From a virus (Duplodnaviria > Heunggongvirae > Uroviricota > Caudoviricetes): a stretch of 64,000 nt of DNA. The stretch lies in IMG/VR virus record IMGVR_UViG_3300024269_000002; one strand, given 5' to 3'. Positions 53,569 to 63,199 of the stretch are shown here, piece by piece (the stretch's first letter is position 1; each line of letters begins with the position of its first letter). Made by a program: the position numbers and the translations under genes. The notes beneath the pieces are model-generated. The model did not search any database, was not told the DNA's origin, and worked only from the letters and a program-made list of their open reading frames with translations.

Positions 53569-56500
53569 ATGTCAAATTATGTAAGAGATTTATCTAATTT
53601 ATCATATACAAATAAAGATTTTGCGGAGATCTATCCTGAGTTGTTAGATCTTGCCAAGAAGATTTCTTACAAGTGGGACCCATCACTTTCAGATGAAAGT
53701 GACCCTGGTGTTGTTCTGCTAAAACTTGCAGCCTTGATGGCTGATAAATGCAACTACAATATCGATAAGAATGTTCTTGAACTCTTCCCTGTATCCGTAA
53801 CTCAGCTATCAAACGCAAGACAGCTTTTTGAGCAGTGTGGTTATAATATGCGTTACTATGAGAGTGCCACAACCAATCTTTCGCTGAGAATGCTGAATGA
53901 GCCAGAAATTACAGATGATGACGTTACTGCGATGCTCGGAACCACTGTAACGTATACAGCAAATACTTTGAAAACTGATTCAAGTGGTGAGCTGCTTCGT
54001 CACTACATTATTCCAAGATTCTCAATGTTCTCTGATGTTGATAATTCGGTGGTTTATACAACTACAGAAGATGTGACAATTTTCTCTGATGGAACTACAT
54101 CAACAGTTCCAGTTATTCAGGGAGCTGTGAGTGAGTATCTTGTCAACGGATCGAATATTATTACTGTTGATATGTTAGATAGTAACAATCGTGTTTACTT
54201 CACTCAGATGAACATTCCAGAAAATGGAATTTTCATTTCTAATGTTGGTAGTGCGGAACGTTGGTCACAATGTAACAATCTACTTCTTGAACCCCTTGGA
54301 ACACATTGTTATAAGTTTGGTTTGACACTTGATGGTTTACGCTGTTATGTGGAATTTCCTTCTGATATTGATACAATCATTGGAAATGGTATAAACATTC
54401 ATTATGTTCAAACAGCAGGAACTGACGGAAATGTGAGAAAGAACTTTATTCGTCAGTTCTTTTCTGACCCCGTCATCATCAGAAAAATTGGCTCTAGTAT
54501 GTTAGAACAGGAAACAGATCTAACAACTGATAATATCTACATCACCAATGAGGACGCTGCAGTAAACGGACGTAATCCGGAAACAATTTCCGAAGCATAT
54601 CAGAATTATGAAAGAGTAAAAACAACATTTGAAACCCTAGTTTCAACAAAGGACTACACTGATTTCTTAATAACAAATAAAGATGTTTCCAACTGTGTTG
54701 TTTGTGATAGATATGATGATGTTCAGTCCGCATATACAGTTTTAACTGAAATTGACGGAGAACCACAACAGATTCCTCATACCAAGACTCACATGAAGGA
54801 ATATCAAGTTGCAGGATCTGCATCTCTCGACGGTGGTAAGAGTTGGTTGAGCAACAATGTTCTTGTTAAATATGAGTCTGAAGAGCCTGAAATGACGGCT
54901 TTTGACTTGAGAGTGTATGGATTAAGATATGTAGATGGATTTACAGATTACAAGAGTTTTTCCAGATCCTTTGATATACTTGACTCTCGTATCCACAATT
55001 CAATTGATTCCTCAACTGCATCCGTTAAATGCTTAGCTCACGATTATAAGCCGTTTGAGGCGGATAGAATCATTCTTTTAAAGAATCGTTACCCTATTGT
55101 TGCAAGAGTTGTATCTCCTTACAAGCTTACCCTTGCTCAGCAAGATGAAATCTTAAGCAGAATCAAGTTAAATCTGTTTAACTTGTTGAATTCCAGAGCA
55201 ATCAAGTTTGGTGAAGAGGTAGATTACAATGAGGTTTACAACACTATTTTGAAATCCGACCCTCGTGTAAGTGCTGTAATTCTCGAAGAAATTGTGTATG
55301 AAACTTATGCAGTTTATTTCAGTAGTTCTACTCAGTCGTTTGAATTGATGAGAATTGACTCAAAATCTGTTCCTCCTGATTCTACTAAAGAGGAAGAGAG
55401 AGCCCGCCTGAAATCTCTGTGGAACGATTTTAGAACTGAAGTATACACTAGATCTGTTCTTTCCGGAAACACACCGCTGTTTGTTCCAGATAGTGTTTTT
55501 GTTTATTCTCTTGCACACGAACAAGCACAGAATGGTGATTTAACATATGAAGTTGAAACAATGTCAACTTCAGTCAATATTCCGTTAACATATAACGGAT
55601 TACATACGTTAACTTCGAGAGAGTTGAAAGATAACGATGTTATAACATTAACATCTCCAAATTTGATTATGGATAAGCGTTATGCAAACTATGTTCAATA
55701 TGTTACTAACATCGGTTGTATTGATGGTCGTCATCCTAACTATGAGGACGCAAATTTAGTTGTTGTTGAGAAAGATGAAGAATATGTTCTTCAAGAGGGA
55801 GAATATATTATATTTTTCTGGAGAACCTCAGACAGTTCAACTGAATGCTATACATATGTAAAGTATACTGGCAGAAAGTCAACACCAGTAATCATCTGTC
55901 CATCATTTGATATGATACAACAACCTAATACTGCAAACTTGAGTAACGTGATATATCGAATTGATGATGATTATTTTGAAAGTCTCGGAGATTATGGATC
56001 TGATTATTCTGATGGAATTCAATTAACTGTTCCGCGAACTGAGATGTATCCACAAGCAAATGGGTCTTTTGTTGATAAGACGCTTGTTCCCAAGGACTAT
56101 AAGGATGAGAATAACAACATTGTTGTTCCTCCACCCGAAATAACTTTGAATGACTTCATTAACAGGTATCTTATTGGAGAAAAGTTTAATGTTAAGTCAA
56201 ACACGATTGAGACAAGAAAAATCAATGAAATACATCTGACAGCTGAAGATAATGGAACAAGTAAGTTCTACTGGATCTTGAATACAGTTACTGATGGTAA
56301 ATACAGATTGTTCCCTGCATCCTCCACTTCAGATGATGACGAATACACGCTTCAAGAGGGTGAACAGCTAATCTATTCAAACGACAACTTAACTCAGTTG
56401 TATATACTAGGTGCAGGAACACTCATAAGAAGACATAAAAAGGCTACGGGAGCAGCTTGTGGTGCATGGGAAGTTCCTGCCCTTGAGCATACCTTAGAAT

Positions 56501-58359
56501 TCTTAAGTGTGGGTCCTCACTACTTTGAAAACACTGATCACGCGTGGTTCAATATAAAGAAACAAGCCGCAAGATTTGAGCTCTATGCGACAGAAATGGC
56601 TTATAGAAAACTAGGCGCAAAAACAAGATTGTCGATACACATTCCGACCGAGAACGGTAGCGAGCTGGAGTTACAGAATGCTAAATACTTCATTGGATCT
56701 TCTGGAATTATAACTGATCAGGGTATTGACTCTGGATTCAAGAGTCATCTAGTTACATATACTGTGATCAATGAATTCGGAGAAGAAGAGAAGCTCGCAA
56801 TTCGTAAGCATAAATCACTTGAGTGGTCAGTTACTTCTTCTTTGAATCTTAAACTATCTACAACTACTCCTATGCGGTTGTATGCTCACCAGAAATTGAG
56901 TTGGCTACCTTATGGAGGATACAATCTAATTGAAATTGAAGGCTCTGACTCTGAAGAATTTTACATTCAGTCTGATAGAACTGTTACAAAATCAGGTGGA
57001 AGTAATCTCGATGTAAGATACTACGATGTTCTTACTGAATCATATGTTCCTTTACAGATCTATATTTACAAGTTGAAAGATGTAAATCTATCAAGTTCAG
57101 AAGATACTAACAACTATGATCTTCCGTGGCAATTCTCGTCTGATGGGATTACTGTATCGGGTAAAGATGTTACATTGACTAACATATCCCTTCCTGAAGG
57201 AGATTACATACTTCCTATAACAATGTCTAATGTTAACTATCCAGTAGATGTATATTGGAATGAGCTTCGTAAGTTAAGAAGTTCAAAACTAACAGAAGAT
57301 GAGGCTAATGAATTAGTAAACTTACAACTTGTTCCTAGAAGTGCATTGCAGCTTGCTGATTCTGACTGGAACAGCGCTCGTAAACCTGTTGAACTTGCTG
57401 ACGTTGTAAAATGGTTATATGGTTCTGTCTCTATTGACGTATCTGATGAATTCCAGAATGAAACTATTGTTTCTGCGTTCAAGAAGATGTTTGTAACTCA
57501 AGACACAACTTTGCAGGATCCGAATGCAGACACTACAAACAATTTTTCCGTGCGGTCACGGAGCGATGTTGAGGCAAATGCACTGCTGCTAGATATGCTT
57601 GTGGGATATGGTGGTTCCAAGTTTACTTCTACAAAAACTGATATTTGTAAAATCGGGGATGTTATTGCTCTGCGTATTGATACAGACACAGCTGGTCTTC
57701 CTGAGTTCAAATATCAGATCTGGGTATATATGCCTTGTAGTGATACCAGCTACGATGAATTTGTTAAAGTAGAGTACGGCCCTGGCATCACACCAGTATG
57801 TGAACGAGATAGTAAACTTGCTGAATCTGTTGCTGCCGCAACATATCACTATCATCTACGTCCTGACAATGTTGCTAGTTCAGTGTCACAAGGAAAAGGA
57901 AGTAGTTTAGCTGAAACAGTAACTAAAGTAAAGCCTGTTAAAAATGGCACATATTACTACATGGTAAGTAGTAACGGTACAAGCGGAGATGGTAGTAATT
58001 CAAAATATAATCTGAGACTTGTTTGTGATATTGGAACAACAAGTCCAGAAGATGTCAAGATGTGGCCTTCCTATACAATACTGGATCCTACAAAGTATAC
58101 TAAGCCAACGTTAACTGCAACTGATTCTACTCCGATTGAATTTTTCGATGATATTCTACGTAGACTTAGAAAAATGGACATTAACAGTTTGTTTAACTAC
58201 ACTTATGATGTTCCAGATTCAGATTTGATCATGTATCCATTGGATTCGATATCCTTCTTAGATTCAAATCACCCATTGAATAGATTTACAATCTGTCAGT
58301 ACGTGATCAATGAATCAAAAACAAGAGGTGATCTTGTTGTGGTTGGTAGATACAAATAA
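53569..58359 (+). CDS. Baseplate wedge protein (gp6/BaseplateJ-like), extended
   Basis: LSYTNKDF..I..EL...W...ESDPGVVLLKL.A...D...Y..D; G.NPETI; LVSTKDY; 1596 aa with a long C-terminal extension. Confidence 0.75.
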   Translation: MSNYVRDLSNLSYTNKDFAEIYPELLDLAKKISYKWDPSLSDESDPGVVLLKLAALMADKCNYNIDKNVLELFPVSVTQLSNARQLFEQCGYNMRYYESATTNLSLRMLNEPEITDDDVTAMLGTTVTYTANTLKTDSSGELLRHYIIPRFSMFSDVDNSVVYTTTEDVTIFSDGTTSTVPVIQGAVSEYLVNGSNIITVDMLDSNNRVYFTQMNIPENGIFISNVGSAERWSQCNNLLLEPLGTHCYKFGLTLDGLRCYVEFPSDIDTIIGNGINIHYVQTAGTDGNVRKNFIRQFFSDPVIIRKIGSSMLEQETDLTTDNIYITNEDAAVNGRNPETISEAYQNYERVKTTFETLVSTKDYTDFLITNKDVSNCVVCDRYDDVQSAYTVLTEIDGEPQQIPHTKTHMKEYQVAGSASLDGGKSWLSNNVLVKYESEEPEMTAFDLRVYGLRYVDGFTDYKSFSRSFDILDSRIHNSIDSSTASVKCLAHDYKPFEADRIILLKNRYPIVARVVSPYKLTLAQQDEILSRIKLNLFNLLNSRAIKFGEEVDYNEVYNTILKSDPRVSAVILEEIVYETYAVYFSSSTQSFELMRIDSKSVPPDSTKEEERARLKSLWNDFRTEVYTRSVLSGNTPLFVPDSVFVYSLAHEQAQNGDLTYEVETMSTSVNIPLTYNGLHTLTSRELKDNDVITLTSPNLIMDKRYANYVQYVTNIGCIDGRHPNYEDANLVVVEKDEEYVLQEGEYIIFFWRTSDSSTECYTYVKYTGRKSTPVIICPSFDMIQQPNTANLSNVIYRIDDDYFESLGDYGSDYSDGIQLTVPRTEMYPQANGSFVDKTLVPKDYKDENNNIVVPPPEITLNDFINRYLIGEKFNVKSNTIETRKINEIHLTAEDNGTSKFYWILNTVTDGKYRLFPASSTSDDDEYTLQEGEQLIYSNDNLTQLYILGAGTLIRRHKKATGAACGAWEVPALEHTLEFLSVGPHYFENTDHAWFNIKKQAARFELYATEMAYRKLGAKTRLSIHIPTENGSELELQNAKYFIGSSGIITDQGIDSGFKSHLVTYTVINEFGEEEKLAIRKHKSLEWSVTSSLNLKLSTTTPMRLYAHQKLSWLPYGGYNLIEIEGSDSEEFYIQSDRTVTKSGGSNLDVRYYDVLTESYVPLQIYIYKLKDVNLSSSEDTNNYDLPWQFSSDGITVSGKDVTLTNISLPEGDYILPITMSNVNYPVDVYWNELRKLRSSKLTEDEANELVNLQLVPRSALQLADSDWNSARKPVELADVVKWLYGSVSIDVSDEFQNETIVSAFKKMFVTQDTTLQDPNADTTNNFSVRSRSDVEANALLLDMLVGYGGSKFTSTKTDICKIGDVIALRIDTDTAGLPEFKYQIWVYMPCSDTSYDEFVKVEYGPGITPVCERDSKLAESVAAATYHYHLRPDNVASSVSQGKGSSLAETVTKVKPVKNGTYYYMVSSNGTSGDGSNSKYNLRLVCDIGTTSPEDVKMWPSYTILDPTKYTKPTLTATDSTPIEFFDDILRRLRKMDINSLFNYTYDVPDSDLIMYPLDSISFLDSNHPLNRFTICQYVINESKTRGDLVVVGRYK

Positions 58360-58370
58360 AGGAGCAATTC

Positions 58371-59045
58371 ATGTTTAGAGTACAAAATAATGTTCCTGAG
58401 GTGTATCCTGATAAGTCACGAGATTTCCAGATGTTCTGTAGATTGTTTGATGTTTCTTTTAATAGCGTCAAACAATCTATTGACTCACTTCAATACGTTA
58501 CAGACACACAAGCATGTGACGCAAGATTGTTGCCATTGTTGAAAAGTAAACTTGGATTCTTCTCCAATCTTGATTTAAGTGATACTGACATACGATATGT
58601 CTTGCAAGCATTTCCAACAATAGTTCGATACAAAGGCTCTTATCAAGCACTTGTTTATGTTACTAACTTGTACTCAAGGTTGGTAAGTTCAATTGCAACT
58701 TCTGAAGAAGTCAGAATTCTTTCTAATAAAGAAGAATACAGAATTGAGGTCTCTTCTGAAAAGGCTGTGGCCAAATCAGAATTGTTGTTTGAGTTGTTGA
58801 AATATGTTCTTCCAACTGGATATGTTATTGACTACTTCATTACAGAATATCATGATTCAGCCACACAGTTATTTACAACAAACTCACTTCTGTATCATGT
58901 TGAGTATCCCGATAACACATCCAAGAAAGCTGTTATTGTTTTGAAGCCAGCAATTACCTCAGCTCAGCAACCTGAAGCAGCAGAGCTTCCAAATATCATT
59001 AACATTACAAACATCCAGGAGGTTTCACCTGATGGCACAGAATAA
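58371..59045 (+). CDS. Baseplate wedge protein (gp7/P2 gpI-like)
   Basis: VPEVY...SRDFQ..CRL, LL.LL..KLGF, IVRYKGS, YVLPTG; follows the gp6-like gene. Confidence 0.6.
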   Translation: MFRVQNNVPEVYPDKSRDFQMFCRLFDVSFNSVKQSIDSLQYVTDTQACDARLLPLLKSKLGFFSNLDLSDTDIRYVLQAFPTIVRYKGSYQALVYVTNLYSRLVSSIATSEEVRILSNKEEYRIEVSSEKAVAKSELLFELLKYVLPTGYVIDYFITEYHDSATQLFTTNSLLYHVEYPDNTSKKAVIVLKPAITSAQQPEAAELPNIINITNIQEVSPDGTE

Positions 59046-59541
59046 AATACTGATTATCAAGCCGGAGGTTGTGAAGGATATCGAACTTGTAGAACGTAGT
59101 TACTGCACTAAATATCTATCTAGCTTGTTTGCAAGTTTCTTAACAGGAGGTGCAACCTCCATCATGCATATTCAGAAATACTTTGAGGTATACAGGTATG
59201 CCCCAGCCGATCTTAGAAGTGATTACGAAGCGGGTGTTGCTCTTCGTAATCCTCTGATTGCTAGATTTCCTGTAAGAGTAAATTCAACTTCAGTCACTGA
59301 GGATGTCCATTATGCTACATTTATTGCAACATATCAGCATAAAGACGGAGGCATTGAAAACATCGCGCTTGATAGCCAAGAGGAGTTATCAATTGCACTC
59401 ATTGTAGGTGACATGATCTTAGCAGTTGCTCCGTTCAGTCTTGAGACTTATAGAGCTATATGTAATGGAGCTAGAGTTGAGATCAAGTGGAAACTTCAAC
59501 TACGAGATCTTTCAAACATACTTGAAGTTGTGGAGGAATAA
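59032..59541 (+). CDS. Hypothetical baseplate/fibre-attachment protein
   Basis: Overlaps the upstream gene by 14 nt; ends ...IKWKLQL; identified by position only. Confidence 0.5.
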   Translation: MAQNKILIIKPEVVKDIELVERSYCTKYLSSLFASFLTGGATSIMHIQKYFEVYRYAPADLRSDYEAGVALRNPLIARFPVRVNSTSVTEDVHYATFIATYQHKDGGIENIALDSQEELSIALIVGDMILAVAPFSLETYRAICNGARVEIKWKLQLRDLSNILEVVEE

Positions 59542-59546
59542 TTAAC

Positions 59547-60107
59547 ATGGCAAACACACTTGAAACACTTAGCGGAAGCTTCTTTGATTCAGAAAATATT
59601 CTCAAAATGTTTCCAGTTAGCTTCGAAAGAGCTAACAGCTACGACAGGGTCTTGTCTGAAGAAAATCTTGTAGATTGGTTCAGAGGTATTGCTTTCGATT
59701 CTGCAGATATAGATAAGAATTCTAGATATAGTTATGTAATTACTGACACACTGAATACTGATTTTGGAAAAAGTGATACTATTCATTATCTTGAATTCAT
59801 CATCGGTGGCTACTATGTTAAGATGACGGATCAAGGATTTCGTAATTTTGCAGGAAGCTGCGACATATATGCGGTTATTGATGAGGTGAGCTCAACTGAT
59901 TTTAGACACCTTGCTTATGGTGACTCTATAACAAATGGAAAATTTTCTGCGATTAGATTTATTTTTGTAACCCCTGGGGACAAACCTACAAATACAACCA
60001 CAAGCATGTATAGATTGCATATACTCACTAAGACTGATACTGAATTTACAATTCCTGCTGAGTCAAAGAGATCCACATATGATGTGGACGGAGGAGAAAT
60101 TGATTAA
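59547..60107 (+). CDS. Hypothetical baseplate protein
   Basis: GGAGG RBS; last gene before a terminator; ends YDVDGGEID. Confidence 0.55.
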   Translation: MANTLETLSGSFFDSENILKMFPVSFERANSYDRVLSEENLVDWFRGIAFDSADIDKNSRYSYVITDTLNTDFGKSDTIHYLEFIIGGYYVKMTDQGFRNFAGSCDIYAVIDEVSSTDFRHLAYGDSITNGKFSAIRFIFVTPGDKPTNTTTSMYRLHILTKTDTEFTIPAESKRSTYDVDGGEID

Positions 60108-60161
60108 ATTTCAATAAATTTCTTTGAAAAACCTTGTATTTACCCCTATCAACTTGTATAT

Positions 60162-60197
60162 AATACTGTGGGAATATTTGATTCCCACAGTATTTTA
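60162..60197 (+). terminator. Intrinsic terminator ending the baseplate operon
   Basis: AATACTGTGGGAAT-ATTTG-ATTCCCACAGTATT plus TTAT. Confidence 0.75.
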
Positions 60198-60214
60198 TGC
60201 TTTTAGGATAAACT

Positions 60215-60526
60215 ATGAAGACTCGTAAATTTGAAATTATTCAGTGTCCAAAATGCGGAAGAGAATATCTACCTGCAGAAATTTTTGTGCCTAACGCATT
60301 TTTTGGGAAGCCTCAAGATATTGTTCGTGATGTGTATGGAAGAATTCTTGATTACGATGGAACATCTGTTGATGCACTTGAGACTTACACATGTGACAAA
60401 TGTAATACGTTGTTCCAAGTAAGAGCAAAGATGACATTTGTTGTAGAGAATACCGTTCTTGGAGATGTGGATGAAGACTACACTTCCTCACTACATAAGA
60501 ACACATTATTCATGGATGAAACATGA
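60215..60526 (+). CDS. Zinc-ribbon protein
   Basis: CPKC...CDKC; ATGA-coupled to the helicase. Confidence 0.6.
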   Translation: MKTRKFEIIQCPKCGREYLPAEIFVPNAFFGKPQDIVRDVYGRILDYDGTSVDALETYTCDKCNTLFQVRAKMTFVVENTVLGDVDEDYTSSLHKNTLFMDET

Positions 60527-62205
60527 TACGGATACAAGAAAGACAAACAGTTAAAGTTCCAGGAATAACATCACTTTTTGTATCATTCGACTTCAACAAG
60601 TTAATAGTTGATGAGCTCAAGCTCTTACAAGGTTGTGTATACAACGCCGATACAAAAGAGTGGGAAATGCCTTTAACTAACTTAACTGAATTTGTTGATC
60701 GTGTATGCAAACTAGATAATATAACAGTTGAAACAATACCGCAAGTAGTAACATCAGATACTCATTTTGATCTGATGCAGTATCAAACAAAGCCTTTTGA
60801 TTATCAGGAAGAAGGTATTCAGTTTGGACTGAATCATGACTGTTTTCTACTTTTGGATGCTCCTGGATTGGGTAAAACATTACAGTTAACCTATCTTGCT
60901 CAAGAGCTGAAAGAGCGAGAAGGACTAGAGCACTGCTTGATCATATGTGGAATCAACACATTGAAAACAAACTGGAAGAACGAGATTGAAAAACATTCCA
61001 ATCTTTCTTGCAGAATTCTGGGACAAAGAATAAATCGTAAAGGAAAACTTGTTGTTGATGGTATTCCAGAACGACTTAAACAGCTTAAAGCTCCGATTGA
61101 AGAATTCTTTGTTATTACAAATATAGAAACACTTCGTGACGAGAAGATTGTTGCTGCTCTTTTGAAGAATAAGTATAACAAGTTTGATATGATTGTTGTT
61201 GATGAAATACATAAAGCAAAGAGTTCTACTTCTCAACAAGGTAAACATCTTCTCAAACTTAACAAGGCAAAACACAGGATCGGTGCCACAGGTACTTTGC
61301 TATTAAATAATCCCCTCGATTCTTATGCACCCCTGAAGTGGATAGGAGCTGAAAGATCCACTTATAGTAATTTCAGATATTATTACTGTAACTATGGTGG
61401 ACCTTTCGGTAACATGCTGCTCGGATTCAAGAATGTACATATTCTTCAGGATCAGATAAAGAAGTATTCTTTGAGAAGAACTAAGGATATCTTGAACCTG
61501 CCTCCAAAAACATTCATTCCCGAGTACGTAGATATGAGTGACTCTCAAACAATCTTCTACAACAATGTCAAAGATGGTATTGCTCAAGAAGTTAATCAAA
61601 TGAAAGTCAAGTTAAGTACAGCAAACATGTTAGCTCTTGTTGCAAGACTTCGTCAAGCTACAGCTTGCCCCTCAATCTTGACTACGGATAATATCCAGTC
61701 TTCCAAAATTGAGCGAGCGGTTGATTTAGCTGAACAGATCGTTGATAGTGGAGATAAAGTTGTTATCTTCTCAACATTCAAAGAAACTGTTTATGAATTA
61801 CAGAGACAGTTGAATCATCTAGGGTTAGTTGTTGCAACAGGTGACCAGTCTGACGAAAAGATTGAATACGCAAAAAATGCTCTTCAGACAGATCCTAACA
61901 CAAAAATTTTTGTAGGAACTTGGCAAAAGTGCGGAACTGGCATCACGTTAACCGCTGCAAGTTATCTAATCTTTATCGATACTCCGTGGACGGCTGCAGA
62001 AACAGAGCAAGCAAGTGACAGAATCTATCGTATAGGTACAAAAGATTCGGTGTTTATTTACAACCTCATTGCTCGTGACACAATTGACGAGCGTGTATGG
62101 GAACTTGTTAACGACAAAGAAGCAATTGCGGATTACATTGTTGATGAAAAAATAACAGAAAAAGGTATTGACAGTCTTCGTAAGTATATTGAAGAATTCA
62201 TATAG
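60523..62205 (+). CDS. SNF2-family helicase/translocase with N-terminal HARP-like segment
   Basis: DAPGLGKT (motif I), DEIH (II), ATGT..N.P.D (III), GTGITLTAA..IF.D.PW, QA.DRIYRIG (VI). Confidence 0.88.
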   Translation: MIRIQERQTVKVPGITSLFVSFDFNKLIVDELKLLQGCVYNADTKEWEMPLTNLTEFVDRVCKLDNITVETIPQVVTSDTHFDLMQYQTKPFDYQEEGIQFGLNHDCFLLLDAPGLGKTLQLTYLAQELKEREGLEHCLIICGINTLKTNWKNEIEKHSNLSCRILGQRINRKGKLVVDGIPERLKQLKAPIEEFFVITNIETLRDEKIVAALLKNKYNKFDMIVVDEIHKAKSSTSQQGKHLLKLNKAKHRIGATGTLLLNNPLDSYAPLKWIGAERSTYSNFRYYYCNYGGPFGNMLLGFKNVHILQDQIKKYSLRRTKDILNLPPKTFIPEYVDMSDSQTIFYNNVKDGIAQEVNQMKVKLSTANMLALVARLRQATACPSILTTDNIQSSKIERAVDLAEQIVDSGDKVVIFSTFKETVYELQRQLNHLGLVVATGDQSDEKIEYAKNALQTDPNTKIFVGTWQKCGTGITLTAASYLIFIDTPWTAAETEQASDRIYRIGTKDSVFIYNLIARDTIDERVWELVNDKEAIADYIVDEKITEKGIDSLRKYIEEFI

Positions 62206-62268
62206 TTGATAAACGCTCATTTACATATTATTCTATATGTAACAAGTAAGTGAGCTCATTGTATCAAT

Positions 62269-62303
62269 AATGCCCTCACAGGAATGTGAGGGCATTTATT
62301 TTT
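62269..62303 (+). terminator. Intrinsic terminator after helicase
   Basis: AATGCCCTCACA-GGAA-TGTGAGGGCATT plus TATTTTT. Confidence 0.8.
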
Positions 62304-62307
62304 GTAG

Positions 62308-62336
62308 TTGATGTTCTTCGATAATCATACTATAAT
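62308..62336 (+). promoter_or_regulatory. Sigma-A/70-type promoter for the sigma-like gene
   Basis: TTGATG-17 nt-TATAAT, directly after a terminator and 30 nt before the start codon. Confidence 0.55.
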
Positions 62337-62365
62337 AATGATGAATACTACCAGAGGGAGGGATC

Positions 62366-63199
62366 ATGCTAGAAGACTACAAAGAATCATTTCGACAATG
62401 TGCTAATCTTGTTGACGGCTGGCAAGAATTATCTAAGAATGACTTGTGCCGAAAGTATGTTGAGAGTGAGGGTAATCCACATCTTCAGAATTCATACTTT
62501 AGTGCAATCATGTATCGATATTGGAATCTGATTGCAAAATATCATTACATGAGTAGTAATGTTGCTTCTCCTGAAGATTGTTATGAATGGCTTGAAGACT
62601 CCGTGTACTGTTGTTTGACTTCAAAGAGTTGGGAAAAGAAAGATAGTTCCATATATAAAGATCCTAACGGACCTGATAAAGTTATCAACAGATGCATGAA
62701 ATGTGCAAGACTTACATACTATCAGTTTATCAATAGAAAGAAACGGAAAGACAATTTCGGTCTGTTGAGTTTGGATGAGCTCACGGAGTTGTTTGGAACA
62801 ACAGTGAGTGAACCGGAAAGTACTGAAAATCTTGAGGAGGATATTGGCCGATGGGCAATTGAAGATTACATAAGATATCTGTTTGTTCAGAAAGATTATT
62901 TTGCAGCTGTTATGCTGGATGTAATTCAGACACAAGATGTGTTTGATGTTACAGTGTCAAAAGAATATGGCAGTCAAATTAAGTTTAGTTTACGGAAGCT
63001 GACAAAGTTTATGTCAACGATTGAAGATGAATATGTTCACAAGTTTGCTGATAAATATCATTTTACATATGAAGAAGCCGATTACGGTATGTCATACTTT
63101 CGCAGACTGAAACAACCAACAATCAAAGCAAAGATTCAAACAGTGCTTGAGAGACTGCAAAATGACGCATTTATCAAGTTATTGAAAGAGGGTCGCTGA
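62366..63199 (+). CDS. Putative phage sigma-70-family sigma factor
   Basis: Region-2-like pattern (AIMYRYW...EDCYEWLEDSV...W...NRCM...Y....RKKR...LSLDEL) and a basic helical C-terminus; GAGGGAGG RBS; consensus host promoter upstream. Confidence 0.45.
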   Translation: MLEDYKESFRQCANLVDGWQELSKNDLCRKYVESEGNPHLQNSYFSAIMYRYWNLIAKYHYMSSNVASPEDCYEWLEDSVYCCLTSKSWEKKDSSIYKDPNGPDKVINRCMKCARLTYYQFINRKKRKDNFGLLSLDELTELFGTTVSEPESTENLEEDIGRWAIEDYIRYLFVQKDYFAAVMLDVIQTQDVFDVTVSKEYGSQIKFSLRKLTKFMSTIEDEYVHKFADKYHFTYEEADYGMSYFRRLKQPTIKAKIQTVLERLQNDAFIKLLKEGR

